A stretch of 64,000 bases of DNA, from positions 124,001 through 188,000 of IMG/VR virus record IMGVR_UViG_3300044712_000810; one strand, written 5' to 3'. Under the pieces are notes generated by a model. That model ran no database searches. It was not told where the DNA came from and saw only the letters and a program-made list of their open reading frames with translations. Of the stretch, positions 47,355-56,939 are shown one piece after another (the stretch's first letter is position 1; every line of letters starts with the position of its first letter). The translations under genes were made by a program, and so were the position numbers.

Positions 47355-47776
47355 TGGGAGATGATGGACCGATCGAATTGAAAAAGGAAGACAATAAAAG
47401 TAAGTTTGGAATAGCAACCAAACTTGCGATTGCTGTCCTGATTTTCGGCATCTTGTATGCTATTGTCTATGTGTCTAAGGCACGTGGATATAATATCGGA
47501 TACGCCGAAGGTTATGCAGCAATTAAGAAAGAAGCAATTAAACCCGATGTTAGACAATACACATCGGAGAATGATAAAGAGATTTCTGGAGTAGAGTATT
47601 CACTGCTCCAGTATAAACTGGATCGATATCCAGAGTTTAAGTGTATTCTCGTCAATAACGAAAATCCTGGCATCATCACGAAAAAGATGTACCGGCAATA
47701 CGAAGATGCAATCCGTGATAAAGAAGCGGATGTATTAAGACAAAAACTTGAAAGAATCAAAACTGACTGCCCTTAG
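47354..47776 (+). CDS. Membrane-anchored protein
   Basis: TM; YPEFKCIL...PGIITKKMYRQYEDAI. Confidence 0.65.
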   Translation: MGDDGPIELKKEDNKSKFGIATKLAIAVLIFGILYAIVYVSKARGYNIGYAEGYAAIKKEAIKPDVRQYTSENDKEISGVEYSLLQYKLDRYPEFKCILVNNENPGIITKKMYRQYEDAIRDKEADVLRQKLERIKTDCP

Positions 47777-47886
47777 TCAGATTACATATTGGGTCATTAG
47801 TCGAAAGACTGGTGGCCCATTCTTTTTATTTTCTCATTTTTCACATACAAATAATATAGTATACTAGACGATATGGAGGCAATACC

Positions 47887-48123
47887 ATGAGTACATTAAC
47901 ATTACCAAAATTGGGTGAGTTGGCTGAAGATCCACGTTGTGCATCGATTATAAGACTTATACACACTGCACAATGTGAAAAACATTACATTAATGGATTA
48001 TATGGTGGGCATAAACGACAGTCCGCCGATCATTATAAAATGTATAAAAGTCGCAAAAGAAGATTTGTTGAGTTGTGTACTAAAATTAATGACTTTCTGA
48101 CTCAAAATAATATTAAGATTTAA
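47887..48123 (+). CDS. Hypothetical protein
   Basis: GGAGG RBS. Confidence 0.6.
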   Translation: MSTLTLPKLGELAEDPRCASIIRLIHTAQCEKHYINGLYGGHKRQSADHYKMYKSRKRRFVELCTKINDFLTQNNIKI

Positions 48124-48227
48124 ATATTAGTATTTCACAGGCTGAGAAATCGGCCTGTTTCTTTTTTTTTATATTCGGATTATATATATAGAAATATTAC
48201 AGTGTATTTAACAATTAACAGGAGCTT

Positions 48228-49721
48228 ATGCATGTGAATGTGTTCGGTGAAACTCTTTTTGATATCTACAAACTCAAAAGTCCGAGCAGATATTATGCAC
48301 CATCAGATTTTAAATGCGCATTAAGAGAAAAATTAGCTGATCATGTTCCAGTCTTTGATGATTGTAATGATTTGAATTGGATGAAAAGAACTGGATATGA
48401 ATCATTTAATAGAAGAGCAGATCTTATATATGATCAGTATGATAACTTTATCACGTATGATCCTGCAAAACCATTAACTGTATTTGCATTTGAATTTTAT
48501 AATAATGGTGATTTTAATATATTTAGTGAGATTACAGATATCCTTGATTTTGATATAGATCTTAATGATATTAATGATGATGATTTCGAATTTGATAAAT
48601 TTAAACCATTCATATTCAGCGCAGTTATTGGTTGGGTATATGATGGTTTCATGAAACGTAATGTGTCATTCAATATTTCTGAATTGTCAAAATATATGCC
48701 AGTGTATGATCCTATTGCTATGTTATTCGATATGCATGAAATATGGAAAGATTATAATCAAACTGAAATTTGTAGTTATTTAGAGATTGATGAAGATAAT
48801 AAAAAATATCATGAAATTTGGAAAGAATATACGGAAATCAAAGAATGTAGATCAAAATCATACAAGGAACGCGGCGTTTGTAGCGCTTGTCATTTATATA
48901 ACTGTGATGAACATCCTTATTACTATATGGAAAGATGTGAAAATAAAAACACAGACGAGTGCATCGACTGTGATGATATTGATAACTGTATATATCGCAA
49001 AGATAAATTTCTTGATGATTTTTATAATAAATATGCTAAGAATAATGAGGATGATATGTCCGAATCAAAATCCAAAAATGGTCTTTGTGAAATATGTGGA
49101 AGTGAATTGAGTAGTAAAGTTTCTACATTCACAGACATCAATAATAATACACATGCAACATGCATAACATTTTGTGAACCATGTTCGTCGGCTTCCACAA
49201 AAGCCAAAGAAACAATAAACATTAAATGCAACAAATGTGGCGGAGATAGAGTTGCGACAAGGGACAACAAAGGTCGTCGATCACTATACTGTCACAATTG
49301 CGATAATGACGAATACTTCAACAAACACAACAACACTAACACTCAGGAGGAAGTCACCATGGCCGGTAAGATCAAAGAAGCAGCTACCAAGAACGTTGCC
49401 GATCTGAAGGACGCTGCAATCGACGTGGCCCAGATCACCGCTGCAAAGCAGGTCAACAAGCTGATCACTGTCGCTCTCAAGAAGAAGGCTCCAATCTTCC
49501 TCAAGTCCTACATGGACGAACCCATGATCCAGGCTGCTCTCGGCGTCGTCGTGACCGCCATGATCGAGCAGTACAAGCCCAACGAGATGACCGCGCGTCT
49601 GGCTTACGCCAGCAAGCAAGCCATGTTTCTGGAACTTGGCGAAACCCTCAACATCGACGGCATCATCAACGAAGCTCTTGCCGCCTTCACCGGCGAAAAG
49701 ATCAACATCGAAAAGAGCTAA
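48228..49721 (+). CDS. Composite Cys-rich ORF with internal in-frame starts (49056, 49359)
   Basis: Multiple CxxC pairs; RBS+ATG at 49056 and 49359; abrupt codon-usage shift at 49359. Confidence 0.65.
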   Translation: MHVNVFGETLFDIYKLKSPSRYYAPSDFKCALREKLADHVPVFDDCNDLNWMKRTGYESFNRRADLIYDQYDNFITYDPAKPLTVFAFEFYNNGDFNIFSEITDILDFDIDLNDINDDDFEFDKFKPFIFSAVIGWVYDGFMKRNVSFNISELSKYMPVYDPIAMLFDMHEIWKDYNQTEICSYLEIDEDNKKYHEIWKEYTEIKECRSKSYKERGVCSACHLYNCDEHPYYYMERCENKNTDECIDCDDIDNCIYRKDKFLDDFYNKYAKNNEDDMSESKSKNGLCEICGSELSSKVSTFTDINNNTHATCITFCEPCSSASTKAKETINIKCNKCGGDRVATRDNKGRRSLYCHNCDNDEYFNKHNNTNTQEEVTMAGKIKEAATKNVADLKDAAIDVAQITAAKQVNKLITVALKKKAPIFLKSYMDEPMIQAALGVVVTAMIEQYKPNEMTARLAYASKQAMFLELGETLNIDGIINEALAAFTGEKINIEKS

Positions 49722-49724
49722 GCT

Positions 49725-50186
49725 GTGGCAGGCTTTCCTGAAAAGTATAGCACTTCCAATAGTCGTCTTAATCTTAAGAAGACGGATGCGGAAGCTCATC
49801 CAATCAAACGTGTTACTTATATAGACACAGAGTCAGGATATCAACTTTCCCTGTGGAGTAGCTCATCCGTATACGTACGGTGTGAACCTCCATTTCCTTC
49901 GGGATATGAAAATAAGGACTATGATACTCATCGTCCTAATAGCAAAGAAAGAAAATCAGCAATTATCGCTGAACTTCTGACACTCAAAGGTGTCACAGAA
50001 ATTACATCGTATGAAGGAATTCGTACTTTGGATTTCAATCTTACACGATATGCAGATGCAGATAAACTCATCGGTGAAATTATCGAGATATTCTCGAAAC
50101 ACTACAAACCAATGAGTTTCTATAAAAAAGAAGAACCATGCGAATGTTGCGGACAAACCTGGAAAGGTGGCAAAAGACGCTGGTAA
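49725..50186 (+). CDS. Hypothetical protein with C-terminal CECCG
   Basis: ORF; GAAA-loop terminator at ~50197 follows. Confidence 0.6.
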   Translation: MAGFPEKYSTSNSRLNLKKTDAEAHPIKRVTYIDTESGYQLSLWSSSSVYVRCEPPFPSGYENKDYDTHRPNSKERKSAIIAELLTLKGVTEITSYEGIRTLDFNLTRYADADKLIGEIIEIFSKHYKPMSFYKKEEPCECCGQTWKGGKRRW

Positions 50187-50272
50187 TATAAATTTTAGGG
50201 GGTCGAAAGACCCCCGCTATTTTTTTTATTTTCTTTAATTACATATAGAAATTGACGTATTAAAACTAACAC

Positions 50273-50983
50273 ATGGAGGTTATGTTCAACATGCCAGTTA
50301 TGACATCTGACACTACTGTAATTAAACATGAGATTTTTAATTACACAGTAAACAACTTACTGGATAAAACATATAAATACTACGTTGATTTGAATTCTGG
50401 ACCTGGATATGACAGATGGAAAAGAGCATTGTCTCCAATCATGACATTGGAAGCAGCCATTCGCAATGGCATTAAGTCGCTTAGATGTTTTCTTTGTGAA
50501 ATTGACGAAGATGCACAAAAAAAACTTCATCAACATACACAAGCATATCCTTACCACATTCGGATTCTTCCTGATCAGAAAGAAATCGTCGAGTATAACA
50601 TACCCAAAGTTCGGGGTCTGGTATATTCAGATGATAACGGCATCGCTGATTTTAATTTGTTGCATGAAATGTCGAAAAATCCTAAACTGGATATTTTGAT
50701 TCATTTGCAACACGTTTCAATTGCGCGAATTGCCGGAAGAAAAACCATACGAAACAAACATGAAAAGAAAGAGGCATTAGTTTACCTCGACATGTTGAAT
50801 CGTAAACATTGGTACATTCGCTATTTTGGCCCACGGGTCATGGTGTTTGGAACCAATGTTAAAACGAACAACTTGAGTAAGTATTATCACTTCCAAAGTG
50901 AAGTTGGACAAATACTGTTTAAGAAATTGAACAGCAAGAATGCTACGGCCGAAGATTATAAACTCCTCGATCAAGTGGCATAG
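50273..50983 (+). CDS. TcmP-like SAM-dependent methyltransferase fold protein
   Basis: TVIKHEIF, YYVDLNSGPG, SPIMTLEAA, FLCEID motifs. Confidence 0.55.
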   Translation: MEVMFNMPVMTSDTTVIKHEIFNYTVNNLLDKTYKYYVDLNSGPGYDRWKRALSPIMTLEAAIRNGIKSLRCFLCEIDEDAQKKLHQHTQAYPYHIRILPDQKEIVEYNIPKVRGLVYSDDNGIADFNLLHEMSKNPKLDILIHLQHVSIARIAGRKTIRNKHEKKEALVYLDMLNRKHWYIRYFGPRVMVFGTNVKTNNLSKYYHFQSEVGQILFKKLNSKNATAEDYKLLDQVA

Positions 50984-50988
50984 GAGGC

Positions 50989-51246
50989 ATGATGAGAGAG
51001 TTGAAGAGTGATGAAGAGTTGTATGAACTTGCATCTTTAAAAGGTGTAATCGGCGTTCCAACACAACCAACATGGGAACCATTTGCAGTTTCTTTCGATC
51101 AAAAGAAGCAATGGATCACCATCTACATGCCAAAAAAAGGACCACATTTCATTGGTCTTGAGAAACTTGATCTTGATCGGATGAAAGACATTTTGTCCGA
51201 TAAACGTGATAACTGGCCTTACTACAGGCTCTTTTACATGGAGTAA
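50989..51246 (+). CDS. Hypothetical protein
   Basis: AGGAGG RBS. Confidence 0.6.
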   Translation: MMRELKSDEELYELASLKGVIGVPTQPTWEPFAVSFDQKKQWITIYMPKKGPHFIGLEKLDLDRMKDILSDKRDNWPYYRLFYME

Positions 51247-51322
51247 TCAAGATAGTAAAGGCCCTTCGGGGCCTTACTTTTTATTTTTATATTCTTAAAT
51301 TTTATATAGAAATATACTTTAC

Positions 51323-51430
51323 AGGAGGTAGGAAACTATCCTCCTACTGGAGCCGCAACAGGATAATTGCGGTAGGTCGAGGAGAAATTCTCGGTCGGAG
51401 GGCGGGCATGGTCCCGCCCTCTCTTTTTAA
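51323..51430 (+). ncRNA. Four-hairpin structured leader or sRNA ending in a terminator
   Basis: Two GAAA-loop hairpins, a 6-bp hairpin and a 9-bp GC hairpin with T-run directly after promoter 51303. Confidence 0.55.
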
Positions 51431-51447
51431 TTTTAAAGGAGAATACC

Positions 51448-51882
51448 ATGGCTAATCAGAACATGCTTGAGAATGCAATTCGTATTGCAGTAACAGCACA
51501 TGCTGGACAATTTGACAAGGGTGGGAATCCTTATATTCTTCATCCTCTTCATGTTATGGAACAGATGGATACCGAAGAAGAGAAAGTCGTTGCAGTTCTT
51601 CATGATGTTATTGAAGATACAAATATGGATGAAGATACACTTAGAGCGGCTGGCATTTCGGATGTATGTCTGGATGCAATTAAGTTGCTTACAAAAAAGC
51701 CTGATACTGAATATCAGAAGTATATAATTAATATTAAACGTAATGAAATTGCACGGAAAGTTAAGCTTGCAGACATGCGGCATAACTCTGATCTTACTCG
51801 CATTCATGTCATCGAAGAAAAACATCTCAAGATGATTAAGAAGTATCACTGGGCAACACTCGTTTTACGTGGGGAGGCATGA
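51448..51882 (+). CDS. Small alarmone hydrolase-like HD protein (Mesh1/SpoT HD family)
   Basis: AHAGQFDKGGNPYILHPLHV, AVLHDVIEDT, VKLADMRHN. Confidence 0.85.
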   Translation: MANQNMLENAIRIAVTAHAGQFDKGGNPYILHPLHVMEQMDTEEEKVVAVLHDVIEDTNMDEDTLRAAGISDVCLDAIKLLTKKPDTEYQKYIINIKRNEIARKVKLADMRHNSDLTRIHVIEEKHLKMIKKYHWATLVLRGEA

Positions 51883-52099
51883 TATGCGTTATTTGTTAGT
51901 ATTACTTGTATTGTTTTCACTTTCTGGTTGTAATGAAGATGCAACCAGACGTGATTGCATTAAACGAATGACAGAAGCAATGTCAATTGAAAGTAATACC
52001 AAGACACTTATTGGTAGTGATATTAAATACAGACCACTTACAGATGAAGATCGTAAGTGGATCATGCAATCTTGTGAAGGAAAGAAGGATGGCAAATAA
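51869..52099 (+). CDS. Small lipoprotein
   Basis: MRYLLVLLVLFSLSGC lipobox. Confidence 0.6.
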   Translation: MGRHDMRYLLVLLVLFSLSGCNEDATRRDCIKRMTEAMSIESNTKTLIGSDIKYRPLTDEDRKWIMQSCEGKKDGK

Positions 52100-52260
52100 T
52101 TGTCAGAAGTTAATTATAACTAAATTTTTATGTATGAATCCATATGATGATAAATGTGATGGATATTTTAGTACAAATGAAGATGGTAAATGTTCAAGTT
52201 GTTATATTGAACTTGAACTGTCCAAATGCTGTAATAAAAAGATGATGGAGGAGGCAACTA

Positions 52261-52827
52261 TTGCTGGCAGCAAAAGTGTGTAATCATTGTTTTGATTACG
52301 CAACACGTCATAATATTGACGTTAGTGATATTTATGAAGTATATGATCTTATGAAATCATATATGAAAAAGAAAACTATGATGCTCAAGAAGTTTAAGAT
52401 CTTCGAGCAAATAAACTATGGAAATGATTCCGATATTAAGTTAGTTAAGATACATCAAGAGAATTACTTTGATAAAACACGTTTAAAGATACTTCGTAAA
52501 CTTCGTAAGTTATACCCAATAACGGTGTTATACTTACTTCGTGATGGTGAAATATATAATAACATATGTTTTGCATTATTTGCAAGACTTGGTGGAAATG
52601 ATTATATCGATGGATTGAAAAATATGTATGTTAAGTATGTTAAATTAGATATACACACCACATATAAACTTAAGAAAATTTCCATTATACGTGAACATAA
52701 TATTAAAAAGATGAAAATATTAACACCAGAAAGATACATAGAACTTGCAACAGCAATGAACTTTAAGTTAATTAAGTTTCGTGAGCATATTGAGAACTGT
52801 TTACACGGAGACTGCTATGACATATGA
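52261..52827 (+). CDS. Hypothetical protein
   Basis: GGAGG RBS; 188-aa ORF. Confidence 0.55.
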   Translation: MLAAKVCNHCFDYATRHNIDVSDIYEVYDLMKSYMKKKTMMLKKFKIFEQINYGNDSDIKLVKIHQENYFDKTRLKILRKLRKLYPITVLYLLRDGEIYNNICFALFARLGGNDYIDGLKNMYVKYVKLDIHTTYKLKKISIIREHNIKKMKILTPERYIELATAMNFKLIKFREHIENCLHGDCYDI

Positions 52828-53128
52828 TATTCCTGATATTATACATAGAAAATGGCAAACACAAGTCGAATTCCATTGTGATAAATGTGAATTATTGACT
52901 ATATATCATATGAATAATAATGATGATTTAATAACAGTAGAATGTGAACATTGTAAAAATAAATATTCATTTTGTATTCCACCATATAATAAATGGATGT
53001 ATAATAGATGTGAAAATTATACACATACAAAGTTCTGCCGTGATAATAACTTATTTACGGCCGAAGGTTATGAATCATTTCATAATGTTCAACTATCAGA
53101 AGAAATTAAAAGGAGGTTCTTTAAGTGA
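52781..53128 (+). CDS. Zinc-ribbon protein (start likely MTYDIPD)
   Basis: CDKC..CEHC pairs. Confidence 0.55.
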   Translation: MSILRTVYTETAMTYDIPDIIHRKWQTQVEFHCDKCELLTIYHMNNNDDLITVECEHCKNKYSFCIPPYNKWMYNRCENYTHTKFCRDNNLFTAEGYESFHNVQLSEEIKRRFFK

Positions 53129-53523
53129 CATATAAGAAAGCACACAGATGGTATCGTATTTTAACAGATACACTATCAAAGGATTTCCCATTCAGAGAGT
53201 ATCTATTGATATCCTTGCAAAATGATTTAGCAAAATGGCATGAACGAGGTAATAAACTCAATCGGCCTAATAAAAAAACATCAGCAATATTACAGTATAT
53301 TGATAATGTTAAAATGAATATAGAACAATATAAAATTATTGAAGTGTATGATAATATTTTGAGAAAAACATCGGGATTAGATTCGATAAAAAAATGTGAG
53401 GAATGGTCAGTAGTTCAAGCTAAGTTTGGTATTAATGAATATGTCGAAATGTTTGGACTGAATGGTCCTATATTAAAGCAGTATTCTGCTGAATTACAGA
53501 AACTCGCAATAGTGTATATATGA
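53125..53523 (+). CDS. Hypothetical protein ending LQKLAIVYI
   Basis: GGAGG RBS, GTGA overlap. Confidence 0.6.
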   Translation: MTYKKAHRWYRILTDTLSKDFPFREYLLISLQNDLAKWHERGNKLNRPNKKTSAILQYIDNVKMNIEQYKIIEVYDNILRKTSGLDSIKKCEEWSVVQAKFGINEYVEMFGLNGPILKQYSAELQKLAIVYI

Positions 53524-53882
53524 AAAAGAAGAAGAAAACATTTAAGATATCATTAAGGATACTTAAACGTAATAATAAAATTTATATAATGATTCCTGAT
53601 AGTTTATGCAAATGTGGGTTCTATATAATTAAAGATGATATATCACAATATGATACTTGGCTTAATATAATATCAACAAAAGAATCAAAAGATAATCAAA
53701 TATGTTCACTGATGAGAAATATTGCATCACAAATATCAAAATTAGGAGTTGAAAATTGCGAAGGGATTCTTAATGATCTTATGTATGATCTAAATAGATT
53801 TGAAATAACATTAGATGAACGTATTGCCAAACTTATGGCAATACAAAATCAACTTAATAACAAAGAAAGACCCGGAGGTTAA
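53520..53882 (+). CDS. Hypothetical protein with ERIAKLMAIQN motif
   Basis: ATGA coupling. Confidence 0.6.
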   Translation: MKKKKKTFKISLRILKRNNKIYIMIPDSLCKCGFYIIKDDISQYDTWLNIISTKESKDNQICSLMRNIASQISKLGVENCEGILNDLMYDLNRFEITLDERIAKLMAIQNQLNNKERPGG

Positions 53883-54059
53883 GTCATGTCACTCACACTG
53901 GCACTCGAAGTTAATGAAGACAATGAACCTATTGTCAAGATTGTGGATGGTCGTGAGTGGGATACTCTCGAGTATCTCATTCGCACTCAAGATGAAGTTA
54001 ATGAAGAAATGGAAATGCCATTAGAAGAACGTATTGCCAAACTTATGGCAATACAAAAT
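53817..54059. repeat. 33-bp identical direct repeat (53817-53849, 54027-54059) containing a 9-bp inverted repeat
   Basis: GAAC-GTATTGCCA-AACTTA-TGGCAATAC-AAAAT twice, 210 bp apart. Confidence 0.9.
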
Positions 54060-54128
54060 ACTCTTAATGTCATGTCCGATGAACTTCAAGAAAAGATAAG
54101 AGATCTTCGTGATCAATCCACTTCCTAG
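53886..54128 (+). CDS. Acidic protein with ERIAKLMAIQN motif
   Basis: GGAGG RBS. Confidence 0.65.
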   Translation: MSLTLALEVNEDNEPIVKIVDGREWDTLEYLIRTQDEVNEEMEMPLEERIAKLMAIQNTLNVMSDELQEKIRDLRDQSTS

Positions 54129-54411
54129 AAAAGATCGTAAAGTTGATGCATTTAGAGAATGGACTTATATATCAATTAAGTTCAATCAATATGTTACTGT
54201 AACTGCAACGATATATAAAAATCATAGAAGAAAAGATACTCTACAAGTAGCTTGTAGAAATACAAAAAAGAAACATAAAGAAAATATGCCTTATACACCA
54301 TATAAAGAAATTAAAAAACCATTGAAGTTTTTTATGACAGTAGTATTTAGAAACTTAACATCAAGACAACAGAAGTTAGTGACTAAAGCACTATTGGAGT
54401 ATGTCATATGA
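54109..54411 (+). CDS. Hypothetical protein
   Basis: Coupled ORF. Confidence 0.55.
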   Translation: MINPLPRKDRKVDAFREWTYISIKFNQYVTVTATIYKNHRRKDTLQVACRNTKKKHKENMPYTPYKEIKKPLKFFMTVVFRNLTSRQQKLVTKALLEYVI

Positions 54412-54701
54412 TTGTAGGAACTTTTCCTGGTAAAATGCCTATTAATTACATTGAAGTAATTGCAGAAGATGGAACTATATATGCAATCAATAAAGATAAT
54501 GGCGCAATATACATTAAGAAATATGTAATTGATGTTGATAATGATAGTAATCGTATGCGTGGGCGTCCCGCAGTGGATGGACCAGGAAGATTTGAATACA
54601 AACAAGTATTACCAAATAAATTTTTGAATACTGTATTGCCGAATATTAAGGATGAAGATCTTAAACTTGAAGTTACTAAGATAATCGTGAGGAATATATA
54701 G
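54408..54701 (+). CDS. Small protein ending DEDLKLEVTKIIVRNI
   Basis: C-terminus matches the 58-63.6 kb array motif. Confidence 0.6.
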   Translation: MIVGTFPGKMPINYIEVIAEDGTIYAINKDNGAIYIKKYVIDVDNDSNRMRGRPAVDGPGRFEYKQVLPNKFLNTVLPNIKDEDLKLEVTKIIVRNI

Positions 54702-54708
54702 GTGCATT

Positions 54709-54900
54709 ATGGCATCAAAACGTCATCAAAGAAGAAGACAATGTGGTAATAAACGTAAATATGATACGCCAGATCAAGCATTTTATATGATGAATCACAT
54801 CTTCGGTGGTAATAGTGGTATATACAAATGTCCATTTTGTAATAAATGGCATATTGGACGTACACCGAGAAAGAGATTACAATGGAAAGATGCAATATAA
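54709..54900 (+). CDS. Small zinc-finger-like protein
   Basis: QC..KRKY...YKCPFCNKWHIG. Confidence 0.65.
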   Translation: MASKRHQRRRQCGNKRKYDTPDQAFYMMNHIFGGNSGIYKCPFCNKWHIGRTPRKRLQWKDAI

Positions 54901-55276
54901 CATCATTTCAAGTTATAGTTGATAAAATAACTTGTTACATTCAAATCAATAATGAAGATTATCAAATTATACTTAATAAAGTATATAAATTTTTACCTAG
55001 TAATAAACTTAAATGGGAAATTATAGATTTTGATAAGTTTATAGATATGATTGATATGTGCGATTCATCTAAAGAAAAAACAGAATTGTTAAGATATCTA
55101 ATTGAAAACATTTAGGAGGTACACGTGAGAGTAACAGTTGGCGCAAGCAAATCAGTGAAGATCAAAGAGTTTTCACTGAATGGAATTGCTGATGCACTAA
55201 TCAAGTTATTTACAAACGGTTTAAGACTTCGTGTTCATGTAGGACAGACTGTCTTAAACACAACAAAGAAAAAGAA

Positions 55277-55477
55277 ATGCCGTCTTACGAAGTAAGAATT
55301 CCATTTAAAGAAACAGGTGACATGGTCACTTATGTTGATGCGGATGATGAACAAGATGCAATCAACAAAGGATATGAAAAGATCAAACGTGGTTGTCCAC
55401 ATGCAAAGAAAGATGCTATAGTCGAGAAAGCCAAAACAAAGGAGGTTCCACCTTGGCCAGAGAAAAAGTCAAAATAA
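55277..55477 (+). CDS. Hypothetical protein
   Basis: ORF in + operon. Confidence 0.5.
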   Translation: MPSYEVRIPFKETGDMVTYVDADDEQDAINKGYEKIKRGCPHAKKDAIVEKAKTKEVPPWPEKKSK

Positions 55478-55609
55478 CTGATTTCCTGTCAAAAGATGAA
55501 ATTGAAAATCTTATGCAAATTGCAAGAAAGAAAGATAAAAATAACAATCCTCATTGTGAACATTGTGAAGATCTTCGTGATATCATTGATATCCAAACAA
55601 AGATAATTC

Positions 55610-56005
55610 ATGGTCTTTTGGAGATCGTCAATGCTGATAATACATGATAACTGGTTGAAGTTTCTTGAATGGGGTGAAGACAATGGCATCAAAGTCTTTA
55701 TTGACTTTGATGAAGAATCAACACTCAGATTGTGTTTTGAAGATCCCATATTTGGTGGTCATGTAATTAGTACCATGACACTTGATGAATTTGTTGATTG
55801 TGAATCTGAGGATTGGACACAACTCATTGAACATCTTCCAGGTATGCATCCTGATATACAAAAGGCAAGATATGCATATTTGGACAATGAGGAAATAAAG
55901 AAAATCCTTCTGAAGTTATCATCATTATCTTCAGATGCACTTCAAACAATCAAACAAAAAATAAAGGAAATGGAAGATGGCAAAAGCCAGAGTTCTAAAG
56001 ATTGA
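55610..56005 (+). CDS. Hypothetical protein
   Basis: ORF in + operon. Confidence 0.55.
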   Translation: MVFWRSSMLIIHDNWLKFLEWGEDNGIKVFIDFDEESTLRLCFEDPIFGGHVISTMTLDEFVDCESEDWTQLIEHLPGMHPDIQKARYAYLDNEEIKKILLKLSSLSSDALQTIKQKIKEMEDGKSQSSKD

Positions 56006-56183
56006 TGATTTTGAATACATTGTAGTCATTGGACGCAGTTATACAAAAATCATTAATACAACAACAAAAAGAACTAAAATAGTTCACCATGATGAAATGA
56101 CCGGTGGACCAATAAACGATAAAGATCACTATTGTGTAAAACCAAGTGATATTCGCAAATACATCGAAGAACATCGATTGTAA
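55977..56183 (+). CDS. Hypothetical phage protein
   Basis: Ends VKPSDIRKYIEEHRL; terminator follows. Confidence 0.6.
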   Translation: MAKARVLKIDDFEYIVVIGRSYTKIINTTTKRTKIVHHDEMTGGPINDKDHYCVKPSDIRKYIEEHRL

Positions 56184-56266
56184 TACAAAGGCCCTTCGGG
56201 GCCTTATTTTTTATTGTATTATCTCGTATTTGACATAGAAATACTTATTATAAGGAGGATAAAACC

Positions 56267-56533
56267 ATGGGTAAAAGTCTGATTAATGCTATCGTAGAAA
56301 TGATGACTTGCATACCAGTTGGGTCTGATGGATATTCCATCAGGCAAACACTGAGTGGGTATCTTCATAAACTACAATGTTCGCGTTATGATGACGAAAC
56401 CATTAACGACCTGTATTGGGATGTGGCTGGAGATTTGTTAGATCAACTTCCTGAAGACATGGCAACCTATAACAGGTGGCAACGTGACGTATGTACTAAA
56501 TGGGCATGTGTAATGTCCACTGTAAGTCATTAA
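56267..56533 (+). CDS. Hypothetical protein
   Basis: Promoter + AGGAGG. Confidence 0.65.
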   Translation: MGKSLINAIVEMMTCIPVGSDGYSIRQTLSGYLHKLQCSRYDDETINDLYWDVAGDLLDQLPEDMATYNRWQRDVCTKWACVMSTVSH

Positions 56534-56540
56534 GGAGGTA

Positions 56541-56828
56541 TTGATGAACATTGATGTATTAAAACAACAACTGTCTGATATAATGGTTAACATTCCACCA
56601 GAAGCTGAACAAGGTGAAACATTAAAGAATTCACTATCGTGTGTCATTAAGGCATTTGAGGAAAACGTTGTTAAGTTAACTCCAAATGAATTATACGAAA
56701 TTATAACTACCATCATCATTGATGGTACAGCTACATGTGATCACGAAGCATGGAGACGAAATATCGTCTATGCATGGTCGATGATTTACCCAATTATAAA
56801 CATTGAAAAGATTGAAAGGATTCATTAA
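56541..56828 (+). CDS. Hypothetical protein
   Basis: AGGAGG RBS. Confidence 0.6.
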   Translation: MMNIDVLKQQLSDIMVNIPPEAEQGETLKNSLSCVIKAFEENVVKLTPNELYEIITTIIIDGTATCDHEAWRRNIVYAWSMIYPIINIEKIERIH

Positions 56829-56939
56829 TGTCTAACTGCATTTAAACAACAAAGAGGATTAACAACCCTCTTTGCAATGCACTTTTTTTGCAATATTTAA
56901 CTATATCATATAGAAATATTTACTAATAAAGGAGGCAGT

